Shown here: positions 39,954-48,535 of the stretch, in pieces
Position numbering within the stretch: the stretch's first letter is position 1
How the letters are laid out: each line of letters opens with the position of its first letter
Source of the DNA: Candidatus Calditenuis fumarioli
GTDB lineage: Archaea > Thermoproteota > Nitrososphaeria_A > Caldarchaeales > Calditenuaceae
Direction: 5' to 3'
Assembly: GCA_030059665.1 (NCBI GenBank)
Contig: JANVYR010000001.1
Span: 192,001-256,000, forward strand
Length of the DNA stretch: 64,000 bases
Program-made: the position numbers and the translations under genes
The notes under the pieces: generated by a model
Told to the model about the DNA's origin: nothing
The model's database searches: none
Seen by the model: the letters and a program-made list of their open reading frames with translations, nothing else

Positions 39954-40233
39954 AGTGCCTTGTGGCTTAATTCATCGGCTATTTCCGCTCTCTAGGCATT
40001 GCAGACGCGATTTTTAGGTGCAGTTCTCCGGTTGAAGAAGGGAGCTTTTACATGAACTTTTGGGAAGGTTTAAGAAGTGATTTGTCATGCGACGTAAGTC
40101 GTCATACCAGCTTTTATACTTTTCAGCAAAGCTTATATGAAATTTGGAGAAAGCGCAAATGACACCGTCAAAGTTTCCGGGAATTGAGGGTTCCAGAGGC
40201 GAAAGAGTTCGGAGAATTAAGCCACAAAGCACT
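39954..40233. mobile_element. 280-bp MITE with 20-bp TIRs and a 4-bp target-site duplication
   Basis: AGTGCCTTGTGGCTTAATTC (39954-39973) versus GAATTAAGCCACAAAGCACT (40214-40233): 19/20 inverted match. GCGT flanks both sides (39950-39953, 40234-40237). AT-rich interior. Confidence 0.65.
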
Positions 40234-40290
40234 GCGTAGTTATCCTCATCCTCGGTCGTTTGGGGCCCGGGCCGGTGCTATATAGCTCTA

Positions 40291-40386
40291 AGTACGCCTC
40301 ACCGCCTCACGGCGGGGGCGACTAATAACGTCGAAGCGCCCGTGCCCGGGTCTCCCCCGCCGAGGCGCTCGGTCCTATGTACGGCC
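40291..40386 (-). ncRNA. Candidate structured non-coding RNA downstream of the IS110-like ORF
   Basis: 14-bp outer stem (40303-40318 with 40354-40367, one 2-nt bulge) enclosing two hairpins, CCCG-GGCA-CGGG and CGAC-GTTATTA-GTCG (minus-strand reading). Confidence 0.4.
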
Positions 40387-41409
40387 CTAGGCCCATTTTC
40401 TCTTCCATTTATAGATCACCTCTACTGTTGTCTTCTGTTCCTCGACGAACGCTCTCTTCTCATCGGTGATTAAGTATCTCGGGTTAACCCCTAGCCTCCT
40501 TGCAGTCAACTGAACCAAGGAGTGCTTGGCAGCACCGTCATATATCAGACCTTCTCGATCCTTCTCGGGAACGAGTCCGAATTTCCTGTAGTTCTCGGTC
40601 AAGCTCCTGGTCTCATCAATCTCCATGAACACGTCGCAGGCGAACGCCTGTGTGACAACGTCTCCGTCATCGATGCCCAGATCCTTGAACATTTCGCAGA
40701 TCTTAGGATAGCAACTCTTGATGGTCTGAATGAAGTTCGTTGCCTCCATCATCAGATAGTCCTCAACCATCTCGATCCTCAACGACCTTTCGTCTTCTGA
40801 TACCGGCAGAGCATCGAGCTGTTGGAGCAGTCCCTGACGACTCCTTCTGGCATACCGATATAACAGCATGCTTACCCAACACCTCAGATGTTCCTTCGTC
40901 AATCTCCGCTGATACTTCGGCTTAACGTATCTCAGCAGAACCGCATCGTAGACGTCGTTCTTTATCTCCGTCTTGAACCCTTTTAGGACCTGTGGGTGGT
41001 GTCTTTCTAACCACTCCACGAGACCCTTTGGCTTCCCTTCGTGTTTTTTCCGCCAGCCGTGGAGGGCCGACGGTCTGGTCAGTACCCAGACCTCGACCCC
41101 GCTCTCGACGAGTTGCTTCAGAATCCCCACATTGCTCGGCCACAAAGCATCAACCAGAACCCTCTTGACGTCGTTGTCTTTTAGGAACTTCGGGAGCTCT
41201 CCGTTCTCGACTTGAGATATCAGCTCTTTCTCCGCTATGAAAACCATCGCCGGCCTCTTCTGATGGAAATCAACACATGCTCCGTCAAACCTCGGAAGCT
41301 CTGATATCTGCTCGAGTCTCCTGAACAGCTCAAGGGCTTTCTCCTTCAGCTTCCAATCGAGATGTTCTTGGTTTGCTTCTCCGATCATTCCTATCATCTC
41401 ATATCGCAA
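40387..41409 (-). CDS. Highly divergent IS110-family (RuvC-like DEDD) recombinase-like protein
   Basis: CVDFHQK (GID..K), VLVDAL...LKQL...GVEVWVLTRP (V.E...l..L...G..V.vvnP), KNDVYDA (KtD..DA), a helical linker, then LGID...EI...FGLVP like the Tnp20 domain. Confidence 0.65.
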   Translation of the reverse strand: MRYEMIGMIGEANQEHLDWKLKEKALELFRRLEQISELPRFDGACVDFHQKRPAMVFIAEKELISQVENGELPKFLKDNDVKRVLVDALWPSNVGILKQLVESGVEVWVLTRPSALHGWRKKHEGKPKGLVEWLERHHPQVLKGFKTEIKNDVYDAVLLRYVKPKYQRRLTKEHLRCWVSMLLYRYARRSRQGLLQQLDALPVSEDERSLRIEMVEDYLMMEATNFIQTIKSCYPKICEMFKDLGIDDGDVVTQAFACDVFMEIDETRSLTENYRKFGLVPEKDREGLIYDGAAKHSLVQLTARRLGVNPRYLITDEKRAFVEEQKTTVEVIYKWKRKWA

Positions 41410-41690
41410 TGCAGGTTCATAAGGAATGTGAGTTAGTGTCCAAGCTCCTGAAGGAGGTTTTGGTTCAGGAAGGGGAGACGCAGGCGATACCTGTCCTTGA
41501 GCAGTTGATGAAGTAGAGAGGTATAAGGGGTATGGCTTATCATAAGCAGTTCACTCTTGTGTCTTTGAATTCCAAAGCCGAGAGGATGGGAGAGGGAAGT
41601 AAGGGCCCTCTGGGAGGGGGAACTTTACGAGCTTCACGCTTATAGCTCTATGCTGTCAGAACGGTTTCGGGAACCCTGCCCACTACCGTC

Positions 41691-42143
41691 GTGAGACGGC
41701 TCACCTTTTTTGAGCACGCAGGAACCGCCTTAACCGTGAACCCGATCAGGGCTGTGCTGCCGGTCGTCTCGATCGTGGTGATGAACTCGATCGGAAGCTA
41801 CGTCTCGGCCAGGGGTGCGGGTCTCGCTTGCCCAGACTGGCCACTATGCCCGTTCCCCGGAGACGAGCTGGTGCTGCTGGAGTTCACGCACAGGGCCTTC
41901 GCGATTGTGGTGCTCCTCGCGGTCGTTGCGGTCACGGTCCCATCGATCCGTTACGGCGGGGTCGCCCGAAAGCTGGCCGTCCTCGCGTTAGCTCTGTTGC
42001 TGGTCCAGATAGGCCTGGGAGGTGCGGTGGTGCTGACTGCGCTTAGGGCTGAGCTGGTTGCCTTGCACATGGCCGTTGCGAGCTCCGTCCTCGCTGCGTA
42101 CTCGATGCTAGCCGCGGTGCTGCTCTGGCGGGTGGAGAGATGA
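41691..42143 (+). CDS. ctaA: Short (4-TM) heme A synthase, COX15/CtaA family
   Basis: GAGLACPDWPLC, EFTHR, Q..LG and 'ALHMA' motifs in only 150 aa. Confidence 0.8.
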   Translation: MRRLTFFEHAGTALTVNPIRAVLPVVSIVVMNSIGSYVSARGAGLACPDWPLCPFPGDELVLLEFTHRAFAIVVLLAVVAVTVPSIRYGGVARKLAVLALALLLVQIGLGGAVVLTALRAELVALHMAVASSVLAAYSMLAAVLLWRVER

Positions 42144-42784
42144 CCGTAGCGATCCTCGGTGGGACCGCTGGCCTGGGAAGGGCCCTCGCGATCAGGCTCG
42201 CCTCAAGCGGCGTCCGCGTCGTAATCGGCTCGAGGTCCGAGGAGAAAGCGAGAGAGGTTGCGAAGGAGGTCTCACGGCTGACCGGCTCCGCTCACGTCGA
42301 GGGCAGGAGGAACGAGGACGCGATCGAGGGCGCCGAGTTCGTGGTCTTCGCTGTGCCGTATCCCGGGATGTACGAGGTGGCCAAGGCGGTTCGCACGAAA
42401 CTCGGTGAAGGATCGGTGATCGTCTCAGCGATCGTCCCGCTCGAGTCCGACCTGGGAGGGCCAGCGAGGTACATAGAGCCTTCCGCAGGTTCCGCGGCCG
42501 AGGCGCTCCAGGAGCAGCTGAGGGGTTTCCCCGTCGTCTCGGCCTTCCACTACACGCCAGCCTCGCTCCTCGAGGACCTGAGCGCCGAATTGGACGTCGT
42601 CGTCTGCGGAGAGAGGGAGCCCGCATACCGGCTGATCGAGCTGCTCAGGGGCGTCAGGGGCATCAGGCCCCTTTACGGAGGTCCGCTGAGGAACTCCAGG
42701 GTGACGGAGAGGTTGGTCCAGCTCCTGATCGAGATCAACCGGGAGCACAAGACGAAAGCCGCCACCTTACGGTTCGCCTTCTGA
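42140..42784 (+). CDS. npdG: NADPH-dependent F420 reductase (Fno/NpdG family)
   Basis: ILGGTAGLG, IGSRS..KA, FAVPY, IVPL, GSAAE, VVSAFH, DVVVCG and GGPLRN. Confidence 0.8.
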   Translation: MTVAILGGTAGLGRALAIRLASSGVRVVIGSRSEEKAREVAKEVSRLTGSAHVEGRRNEDAIEGAEFVVFAVPYPGMYEVAKAVRTKLGEGSVIVSAIVPLESDLGGPARYIEPSAGSAAEALQEQLRGFPVVSAFHYTPASLLEDLSAELDVVVCGEREPAYRLIELLRGVRGIRPLYGGPLRNSRVTERLVQLLIEINREHKTKAATLRFAF

Positions 42785-42822
42785 GGTACAAGATTATAGA
42801 GCACGTCGAGTTAACCCATCGC

Positions 42823-44175
42823 GTGGATCCGGCGATATTCAGGGCGTACGACGTCAGGGGCGTTTACCCGAGACAGGTTAACGGCGAGGTGGCCTACGCG
42901 CTGGGCCTCGCCTTCGGCAGGATGGTAGGCGGCGGCAAGGTTCTGGTGGGGCGGGACGTCCGGCTGAGCGGTCCCGAGCTGGCCAGGTATCTGTCGCTTG
43001 GGCTGGAGGACGCGGGACTCCGGGTCTTCGATGCTGGTGTGGTGCCGACGCCGGCGCTGTACTTGGGCGTCGTCGAGGGCGGGTTCGACGGAGGCGTCCA
43101 GGTCACCGCATCGCACAACCCTCCCGACTGGAACGGGTTCAAGTTCGTCACCGGAACGGGTGAGACGATCTCTCAGGGGATGGGGATGGAGGAGCTGAGG
43201 GATGCGGCGATGTCGCTGGCGAACGTCCGGGTGCCGTCGAGGGATCCGGGCACCGAGAGGGTCGACGTCCTCGGTCGCTATCTAGAGCGGCTCAAGTCTC
43301 TGGTCAGACTCAGAAGGAAACTGAAGGTCGCTGTGGACTTCTCCAACGGCGCCGGAGCCGTCGTCGGCGCGCGGTTGCTGCGGGAGATCGGTGTGGAGCT
43401 TCACCCCCTGAACGACGTCCCCGATGGCAGGTTCCCAGCGCACCTTCCGGAGCCTACGCCCGAGACCGCGGAGGAGCTGAGGAAGACTGTGCGGGAGCAG
43501 GGACTGGACCTCGGTGCAGCTCTCGACGGCGACGCTGACAGGGCCGTCTTCTGCGACGACAGAGGGAGGCTCTTGGAGGGCGACCTCTCGCTGGCGGTTC
43601 TCGTCTCAGCGCTCGGCGTCAGGGGCAAGGTGGTTTACGACGTGAGCTGCAGCTCTGTGGTCGAGGAGGTCATCAGGTCGAAGGGCTGTGAACCCGTCCT
43701 CTGCAGGGTCGGGCGTGCGTTCATGCTAAGGAAGGTGAGGGAGGTGGGTGCTGTGATCGGCGCGGAGAAGAGCAACCACCTGTACTTCTCCGAGATCCAC
43801 GGGTTCGACGACGGCCTGTTCGCCGTTGCCAAGATGGCCGAGGCCGTGAGCGGCATGGAGAGACCCCTCTCGGAGTTCATCGACTCGCTGCCGAAGCGCT
43901 ACGCGTCAACCATATTCTCCGTGAATTTACCGAACGACGAGGTCAAGTGGAAGGCGATGGAGGTCATCGCGAGGAAACTCTCCTCGATAGCGAAGGAGAC
44001 GCTGACGATAGATGGGGTCAAGGCCTATCTCGACGACGGCTGGGTCCTGATCAGGCCGTCAAACACCATGCCCCAGATCAAGTACACCGCAGAGTCCGTG
44101 ACGGAGGAGGGGTTGAGGAGGCTCCTCGCCATCGCGGAGAAGACGATAGCCGAGAGCGTCTCCCAGTTGAGGTGA
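42823..44175 (+). CDS. Phosphomannomutase/phosphoglucomutase
   Basis: FRAYDVRG, VTASHNP (phospho-Ser), DGDADR, GAEKSNH and LIRPSNT. Confidence 0.93.
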   Translation: MDPAIFRAYDVRGVYPRQVNGEVAYALGLAFGRMVGGGKVLVGRDVRLSGPELARYLSLGLEDAGLRVFDAGVVPTPALYLGVVEGGFDGGVQVTASHNPPDWNGFKFVTGTGETISQGMGMEELRDAAMSLANVRVPSRDPGTERVDVLGRYLERLKSLVRLRRKLKVAVDFSNGAGAVVGARLLREIGVELHPLNDVPDGRFPAHLPEPTPETAEELRKTVREQGLDLGAALDGDADRAVFCDDRGRLLEGDLSLAVLVSALGVRGKVVYDVSCSSVVEEVIRSKGCEPVLCRVGRAFMLRKVREVGAVIGAEKSNHLYFSEIHGFDDGLFAVAKMAEAVSGMERPLSEFIDSLPKRYASTIFSVNLPNDEVKWKAMEVIARKLSSIAKETLTIDGVKAYLDDGWVLIRPSNTMPQIKYTAESVTEEGLRRLLAIAEKTIAESVSQLR

Positions 44176-44194
44176 GCTGCCGAGGGCAGAGCGG

Positions 44195-44974
44195 CTACGT
44201 GCCCCTTGTGACCCTCTCGGTCCTTGCCCTGTACCCCATCGAGTCGAGCGTGGCAAGCAGCTCGTCAACCGTCACGCTGACCGGAATCCTCGCGATGGCC
44301 CTTCCCTCGCGGTAGGAGACGGAGAGAGCGGTCCCTCCGAGCGATTCGATCGCGGACCTCACGGCCTGCTCGCAACCCTCGCACGTCATCCCATCCACAG
44401 CCAGCTCTATCGTTAACATCGGTTGCTTGAGCTGCTCCGCGACCGACCTCACGGCCCTTTCCGCGGACGTACCCCTCGCCATCTGTAGGTATTTGTCGAC
44501 TACGAGCCCGAGGTACTCCCTGCAGCACTTCCCAGATGGATTAGTTGTGAGGCACCATTTCCCAGTACCTGCCTTCGTGAAGGCCACGATGTCCTCCAAT
44601 GAGTCGCAGCACCCCTTCTCGATTATCTCTCGTTCTATCATCTCCTCCGTTACTTGGAGACAATAGCATATTGGTCTCGGAGGCTGTCTCTCCTTCAACC
44701 CGAACCTCGTCTTCACCTCGTCCTTCAGGAAGTATGTTTTGCTGACGTTGTTGAAATAGAACATCTCGCATTGTGGATTGCTGCAGAAGTAAAACCCCTC
44801 AGTGAGGTGCGACCAGAACTTCTCCGGAACGTGTGTGGCAACGGTGACCTTCAGGACCCTAAGCCCCCGCTCACCGCAAACAGGACAGACCCTCTGGTCC
44901 TTCTCGGACTCCTCTCTGATGTGGATCTGCCTGCCGGTGACGGTGAGGTGCCTTTTCCGCTCCACCGCGCTCAT
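44195..44974 (-). CDS. Copper chaperone CopZ-like: Zn/[2Fe-2S] N-terminal domain + HMA domain
   Basis: CPVCG...FCSNPQC.MFYF...ICYC...C..TNPSGKCC followed by GMTCEGC HMA. Confidence 0.8.
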   Translation of the reverse strand: MSAVERKRHLTVTGRQIHIREESEKDQRVCPVCGERGLRVLKVTVATHVPEKFWSHLTEGFYFCSNPQCEMFYFNNVSKTYFLKDEVKTRFGLKERQPPRPICYCLQVTEEMIEREIIEKGCCDSLEDIVAFTKAGTGKWCLTTNPSGKCCREYLGLVVDKYLQMARGTSAERAVRSVAEQLKQPMLTIELAVDGMTCEGCEQAVRSAIESLGGTALSVSYREGRAIARIPVSVTVDELLATLDSMGYRARTERVTRGT

Positions 44975-45117
44975 CGCGATGCGTACTTGGCAGGGTTTGC
45001 CTTGAACTGGTCGAGGCATTGCTGGCGGCAGAAGTAGTAGGTTTTGCCGCCGTACTCGTACGTGTACTTCGCCGTCTTCTCGTTGACCTCCATCCCGCAA
45101 ACCGGATCCTTCGCCAT
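44971..45117 (-). CDS. YHS/TRASH metal-binding domain protein (48 aa), absent from the ORF track
   Basis: MAKDPVCGMEVNEKTAKYTYEYGGKTYYFCRQQCLDQFKANPAKY; ATGA overlap with the CopZ-like gene. Confidence 0.85.
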   Translation of the reverse strand: MAKDPVCGMEVNEKTAKYTYEYGGKTYYFCRQQCLDQFKANPAKYASR

Positions 45118-45284
45118 CGCACTTCACTCCCCTCAGCGAGTATTTACGCCGTTCCCCTCCATGCGACGATCATTCGGTCACGATGCCCTCCAGACCTCCA
45201 CCTTGCCACGACGCCTCGACTCCCGTTGAGCGCGACCCCTGCCCTTTGGCTTTGGGTTGACGTGAAAAGGATGCCCGGATTGGT

Positions 45285-46439
45285 CTAACGGCCGAAGTGC
45301 CTCTCGACCACCGACCGGACGTCAACAGAATCGGCCGTCCTGAACCCCAGCTCGTTCAGGCTGCCCTTCAGCGCCTCCAGCGTTCTTGTCACCCTCTCCG
45401 GCGACACCATGCCCATGTTTCCGATCCTGAAGATCTTGCCCTTCGTCTTGCCCATCCCGCCGGCGATGTGAACACCGTACCGCTCCTTCATCGTCCTCGT
45501 CAGCTTAGCGTCCTCGATACCCGCTGGGAGCCTGCCGGCGATCAGCGTCCTCGACCTGAACTCCGGTGCGGGGAAGACCTCGATCCCCATCCGTTCGAGG
45601 GCCTCGTAGAAGGCCCCAGCGCCCGCAGCGTGGTTCCGGAACCACCTCTCGAGGCCGACCACCTCCAGTATGTGCTGGAGCGATGCGCGGAGGGCGAAGA
45701 AGAGCGATACCGCCGGCGTGAAGGGCGTCTCCCACCTCTTCATGAACTCCCTGTGCGTCACGAGGTCGAAGTAGTGGGGCCTCCTCTGCTTCCTCACCAC
45801 CCTCTCCCATCCCTCCTCGCTGATGTAGAGCACCGCGAGGCCAGGAGGCGCTGCGAGGCACTTCTGGGTGCCGCCGACGAAGCAGGTCACGCCCCATCTG
45901 CTCAGCCCCATCGGGTAGCCGCCGATCGACGTGACGCCGTCGACGATCAGGGCTATTCCGTTCCTCCTGCAGTACTCCGCGATCGCGGGGACGTCGCTGC
46001 AGTACGCTCCGGTGGAGGTCTCGTTGTGGACCAGAAGGACCGCGTCCGCGCCCTTCCCCTCAACTTCCCTCTTCACCTGCTCCAGGGTCGGTGCCGTCCC
46101 GAGGGGGAGCTCGATCACCTCCACCTTATCCGAGTAGTACCTGGCAGCCTCGGTCATCCGCTCGGCGAACAGGCCGTTGACGAACGAGATGACCCGATCG
46201 TTCCTGTCGAGGAGGTTGGCCACCGCGGCCTCGATTCCACCGGTCGAGGAGCAGGTGAGGACGAAGACGTCCCCCGACTCGGCTCCGATGACCTTCCTGA
46301 TCCCATCCAGCACCTCCCGGTGTACCTGACGGAAACCCTCGTCCCTGTGGTTGATCATCCGGGAGGTCATGGCGCGATAGGCGGCCTCGGGCACATCTGT
46401 CGGACCGGGGAGCATCAGGATCCAGTCCTGTCCGTCCAC
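45285..46439 (-). CDS. Class V PLP aminotransferase (serine-pyruvate/alanine-glyoxylate type)
   Basis: LMLPGPT, HNETSTG, VDGVTS, GTQKCL (PLP Lys) and 'IFRIGNMG'. Confidence 0.9.
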   Translation of the reverse strand: MDGQDWILMLPGPTDVPEAAYRAMTSRMINHRDEGFRQVHREVLDGIRKVIGAESGDVFVLTCSSTGGIEAAVANLLDRNDRVISFVNGLFAERMTEAARYYSDKVEVIELPLGTAPTLEQVKREVEGKGADAVLLVHNETSTGAYCSDVPAIAEYCRRNGIALIVDGVTSIGGYPMGLSRWGVTCFVGGTQKCLAAPPGLAVLYISEEGWERVVRKQRRPHYFDLVTHREFMKRWETPFTPAVSLFFALRASLQHILEVVGLERWFRNHAAGAGAFYEALERMGIEVFPAPEFRSRTLIAGRLPAGIEDAKLTRTMKERYGVHIAGGMGKTKGKIFRIGNMGMVSPERVTRTLEALKGSLNELGFRTADSVDVRSVVERHFGR

Positions 46440-46495
46440 GTCACAACACGTGCCCCGCTTCTATTCAACCGATCTCGGACAGGGCAGAGTCTCGT

Positions 46496-47371
46496 TCAGC
46501 CCAACAGGTTCCTGATGTGAGGAGGGTAGAGGTGGCGCAGCTCCATGCCGTGCACCATCACCACGACCTCCTCCTCGTAGAACCTGTCGACGGTGCTCCC
46601 AGCGGGGAGTTTCACCGTCCTCAGTCCCTTGAGGCGCTCGAGGAAGGCCTCTGCTGTGGAGTCGTCCTCCGAGAGCAGGACCTTTAGCGGCACCATCGCG
46701 AAGAGGACCCTGCCCTTCACGACGTGTCTGCTCGACTTGGGAGGGAACCTCAGCCCCTCAAGGGCCGAGCAAATGACGTCCTGCTTCCCGATCGGCCTCG
46801 ACGCGACCACGGCCCTCCACTCACCCCTCCTTAACCCATCGAGGGCCTCCTCCTCACGCTGGTGGACGAGCCCGTAGGGCTCCAGCAACCGGTCGATGAA
46901 CGCCATCATCCTGTATGCTTGGTACGTCGAGACCGGTGATCCGGACCTCAGCAGGTAGGCCGAGCCGGTGGAGTCCATGACCGAGGCGAACGCCCTCCCG
47001 TCGAGGGCCATCCCGTCCATCGCCCGCTCCGGATCGACCGGTGCGACCTCGGCCTCGAGGTCCCGCGAGATCCTGCTCAGGAAGTCGGAGAGGTCGAAGT
47101 CCCTCCTCACGGTCCTGAACCACCTCTTCACCTCGACCTCGTTTGACATGTAGTCCACTGAGTACGCGAGGACCCTCCTCGCACCCATTCGCCTGAGCGC
47201 CTCGACCCTGTGGTTGCCGTCGAGAACTATGCCGTGCTCCCTCGAGACGATCACCGGATGCAGGAGCAGACCCGTTGAGCGGAGCTCGGAGATCACGGAT
47301 TCGAGCAGACCCCTGATGACCTCCTCGTGCGGGATGAGCCGATCGATATCGACGAACTCCAGAGACCCCAT
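46496..47371 (-). CDS. serK: SerK-like ADP-dependent free serine kinase (ParB/Srx fold)
   Basis: LIPHEE, VLDGNHR, 'VDY...VEV..W' and FPPKSSRHV parallel Thermococcus SerK (PHE, DGHHR, FSPKTTRHV). Confidence 0.7.
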   Translation of the reverse strand: MGSLEFVDIDRLIPHEEVIRGLLESVISELRSTGLLLHPVIVSREHGIVLDGNHRVEALRRMGARRVLAYSVDYMSNEVEVKRWFRTVRRDFDLSDFLSRISRDLEAEVAPVDPERAMDGMALDGRAFASVMDSTGSAYLLRSGSPVSTYQAYRMMAFIDRLLEPYGLVHQREEEALDGLRRGEWRAVVASRPIGKQDVICSALEGLRFPPKSSRHVVKGRVLFAMVPLKVLLSEDDSTAEAFLERLKGLRTVKLPAGSTVDRFYEEEVVVMVHGMELRHLYPPHIRNLLG

Positions 47372-47460
47372 CCGTCTTCAAGACACTTCGCATGAAATAT
47401 TACGGTGACATGGGCTCGTAACGACGATCAGGTTAAGTCTGGGAGTGCGGCTCTAACGTC

Positions 47461-48504
47461 GTGAGGAGGCTCAGACAGCTCTCGGATTCGGTCCTCAACG
47501 CGATAGGCAACACGCCCCTCGTCAGGCTCAACAGAATCCCCCAGTCGATGGGCCTCAAGGACGTGGAGATCATGGTCAAGATGGAGTCGCTCAACCCATC
47601 GGGCAGCCTGAAGGACCGGATCTACCGGGAGATGATCACGAGGGCAGAGGAGAAGGGCGAGCTGAGGGAGGGGATGGAGATCCTCGAGGTCTCCACCGGC
47701 AACGCGGGGATCGCGTGCAGCTTCGTCGGCACCGTGCTCGGCTACAAAGTGACCGTGGTGATGCCGGAGGGCGTGAGCGTGGAGCGGAGGGAGCTAATCC
47801 GTGCCTACGGCGGCGAGGTCCTCCTGACGCCCGGCGGCGAGTCGGACGTGGACATTGCCATGGAGAAGGTCAGGTCCTTGGTCTCCTCGAACCCGAACAG
47901 ATACTGGTTCCCCAACCAGTTCGAGAACCCGAACAACCCGCTCGCGCACTACAGGACGACGGGCCCTGAGATCTGGGAGCAGACCAACGGGAAAATCGAT
48001 GCCTTCGTGATGTCCTACGGCTCAGGAGGCCTTATCACCGGTGTAGGAAGGTACCTCAAGGAGAGGGACCAGAAGGTGCAGGTGTACGCGGCGGAGCCCT
48101 CCGAGTGCCCAGTGATCGCCGAGGGGAGGTGGGGCAGGCACAAGATAGAGGGCGTCGGCGACGGCTTCATCCCGAGGAACATGGACATGTCCCTGATCGA
48201 TGGGGTGGTGATGGTCAGCTCCGAAGAGGCCATAGAGATGGCTAGGAGGCTCACGAGGGAGGAGGGGATCTTCTGCGGCATATCCTCTGGAGCCAACGTG
48301 GCCGCCGCCATCAAGCTCGTAAGGGCCTCGCCTGATCTGAGGCGGGTCGTCACCGTGATCTGCGACTCGGGTGACAGGTATCTCTCAACAGAGGTCTTCG
48401 GCCACCACCGCGAGCTGCCCGTCGTCGAGAGGGAGGTGAAGCTGGACCAGTACACGCTCGAGCAGCGGTCGAAGCACATCCGGAGGCTGAGGATCGTCCG
48501 ATAG
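47461..48504 (+). CDS. cysK: Cysteine synthase family PLP enzyme (CysK/CysM-like)
   Basis: IGNTPLV, ESLNPSGSLKDR, STGNAG, NQFENP.N, GSGG and HKIEGVG. Confidence 0.85.
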   Translation: MRRLRQLSDSVLNAIGNTPLVRLNRIPQSMGLKDVEIMVKMESLNPSGSLKDRIYREMITRAEEKGELREGMEILEVSTGNAGIACSFVGTVLGYKVTVVMPEGVSVERRELIRAYGGEVLLTPGGESDVDIAMEKVRSLVSSNPNRYWFPNQFENPNNPLAHYRTTGPEIWEQTNGKIDAFVMSYGSGGLITGVGRYLKERDQKVQVYAAEPSECPVIAEGRWGRHKIEGVGDGFIPRNMDMSLIDGVVMVSSEEAIEMARRLTREEGIFCGISSGANVAAAIKLVRASPDLRRVVTVICDSGDRYLSTEVFGHHRELPVVEREVKLDQYTLEQRSKHIRRLRIVR

Positions 48505-48535
48505 GCGGGGTCGATTCAGAGTATAATTTGGGGTT

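Larger units (their letters stand above)
40281..41650 (-). mobile_element. Putative IS110-related element delimited by the 10-bp direct repeat TATAGCTCTA
   Basis: Identical TATAGCTCTA at 40281-40290 and 41641-41650 brackets the IS110-like ORF and its non-coding ends (1370 bp); composition differs from host genes. Confidence 0.5.

Noticed and set aside
39840-41690. TIGR-type or CRISPR-like tandem array beside the IS110-like gene
   Set aside because: No periodic repeat/spacer units were found on either side; only isolated hairpins and short repeats.
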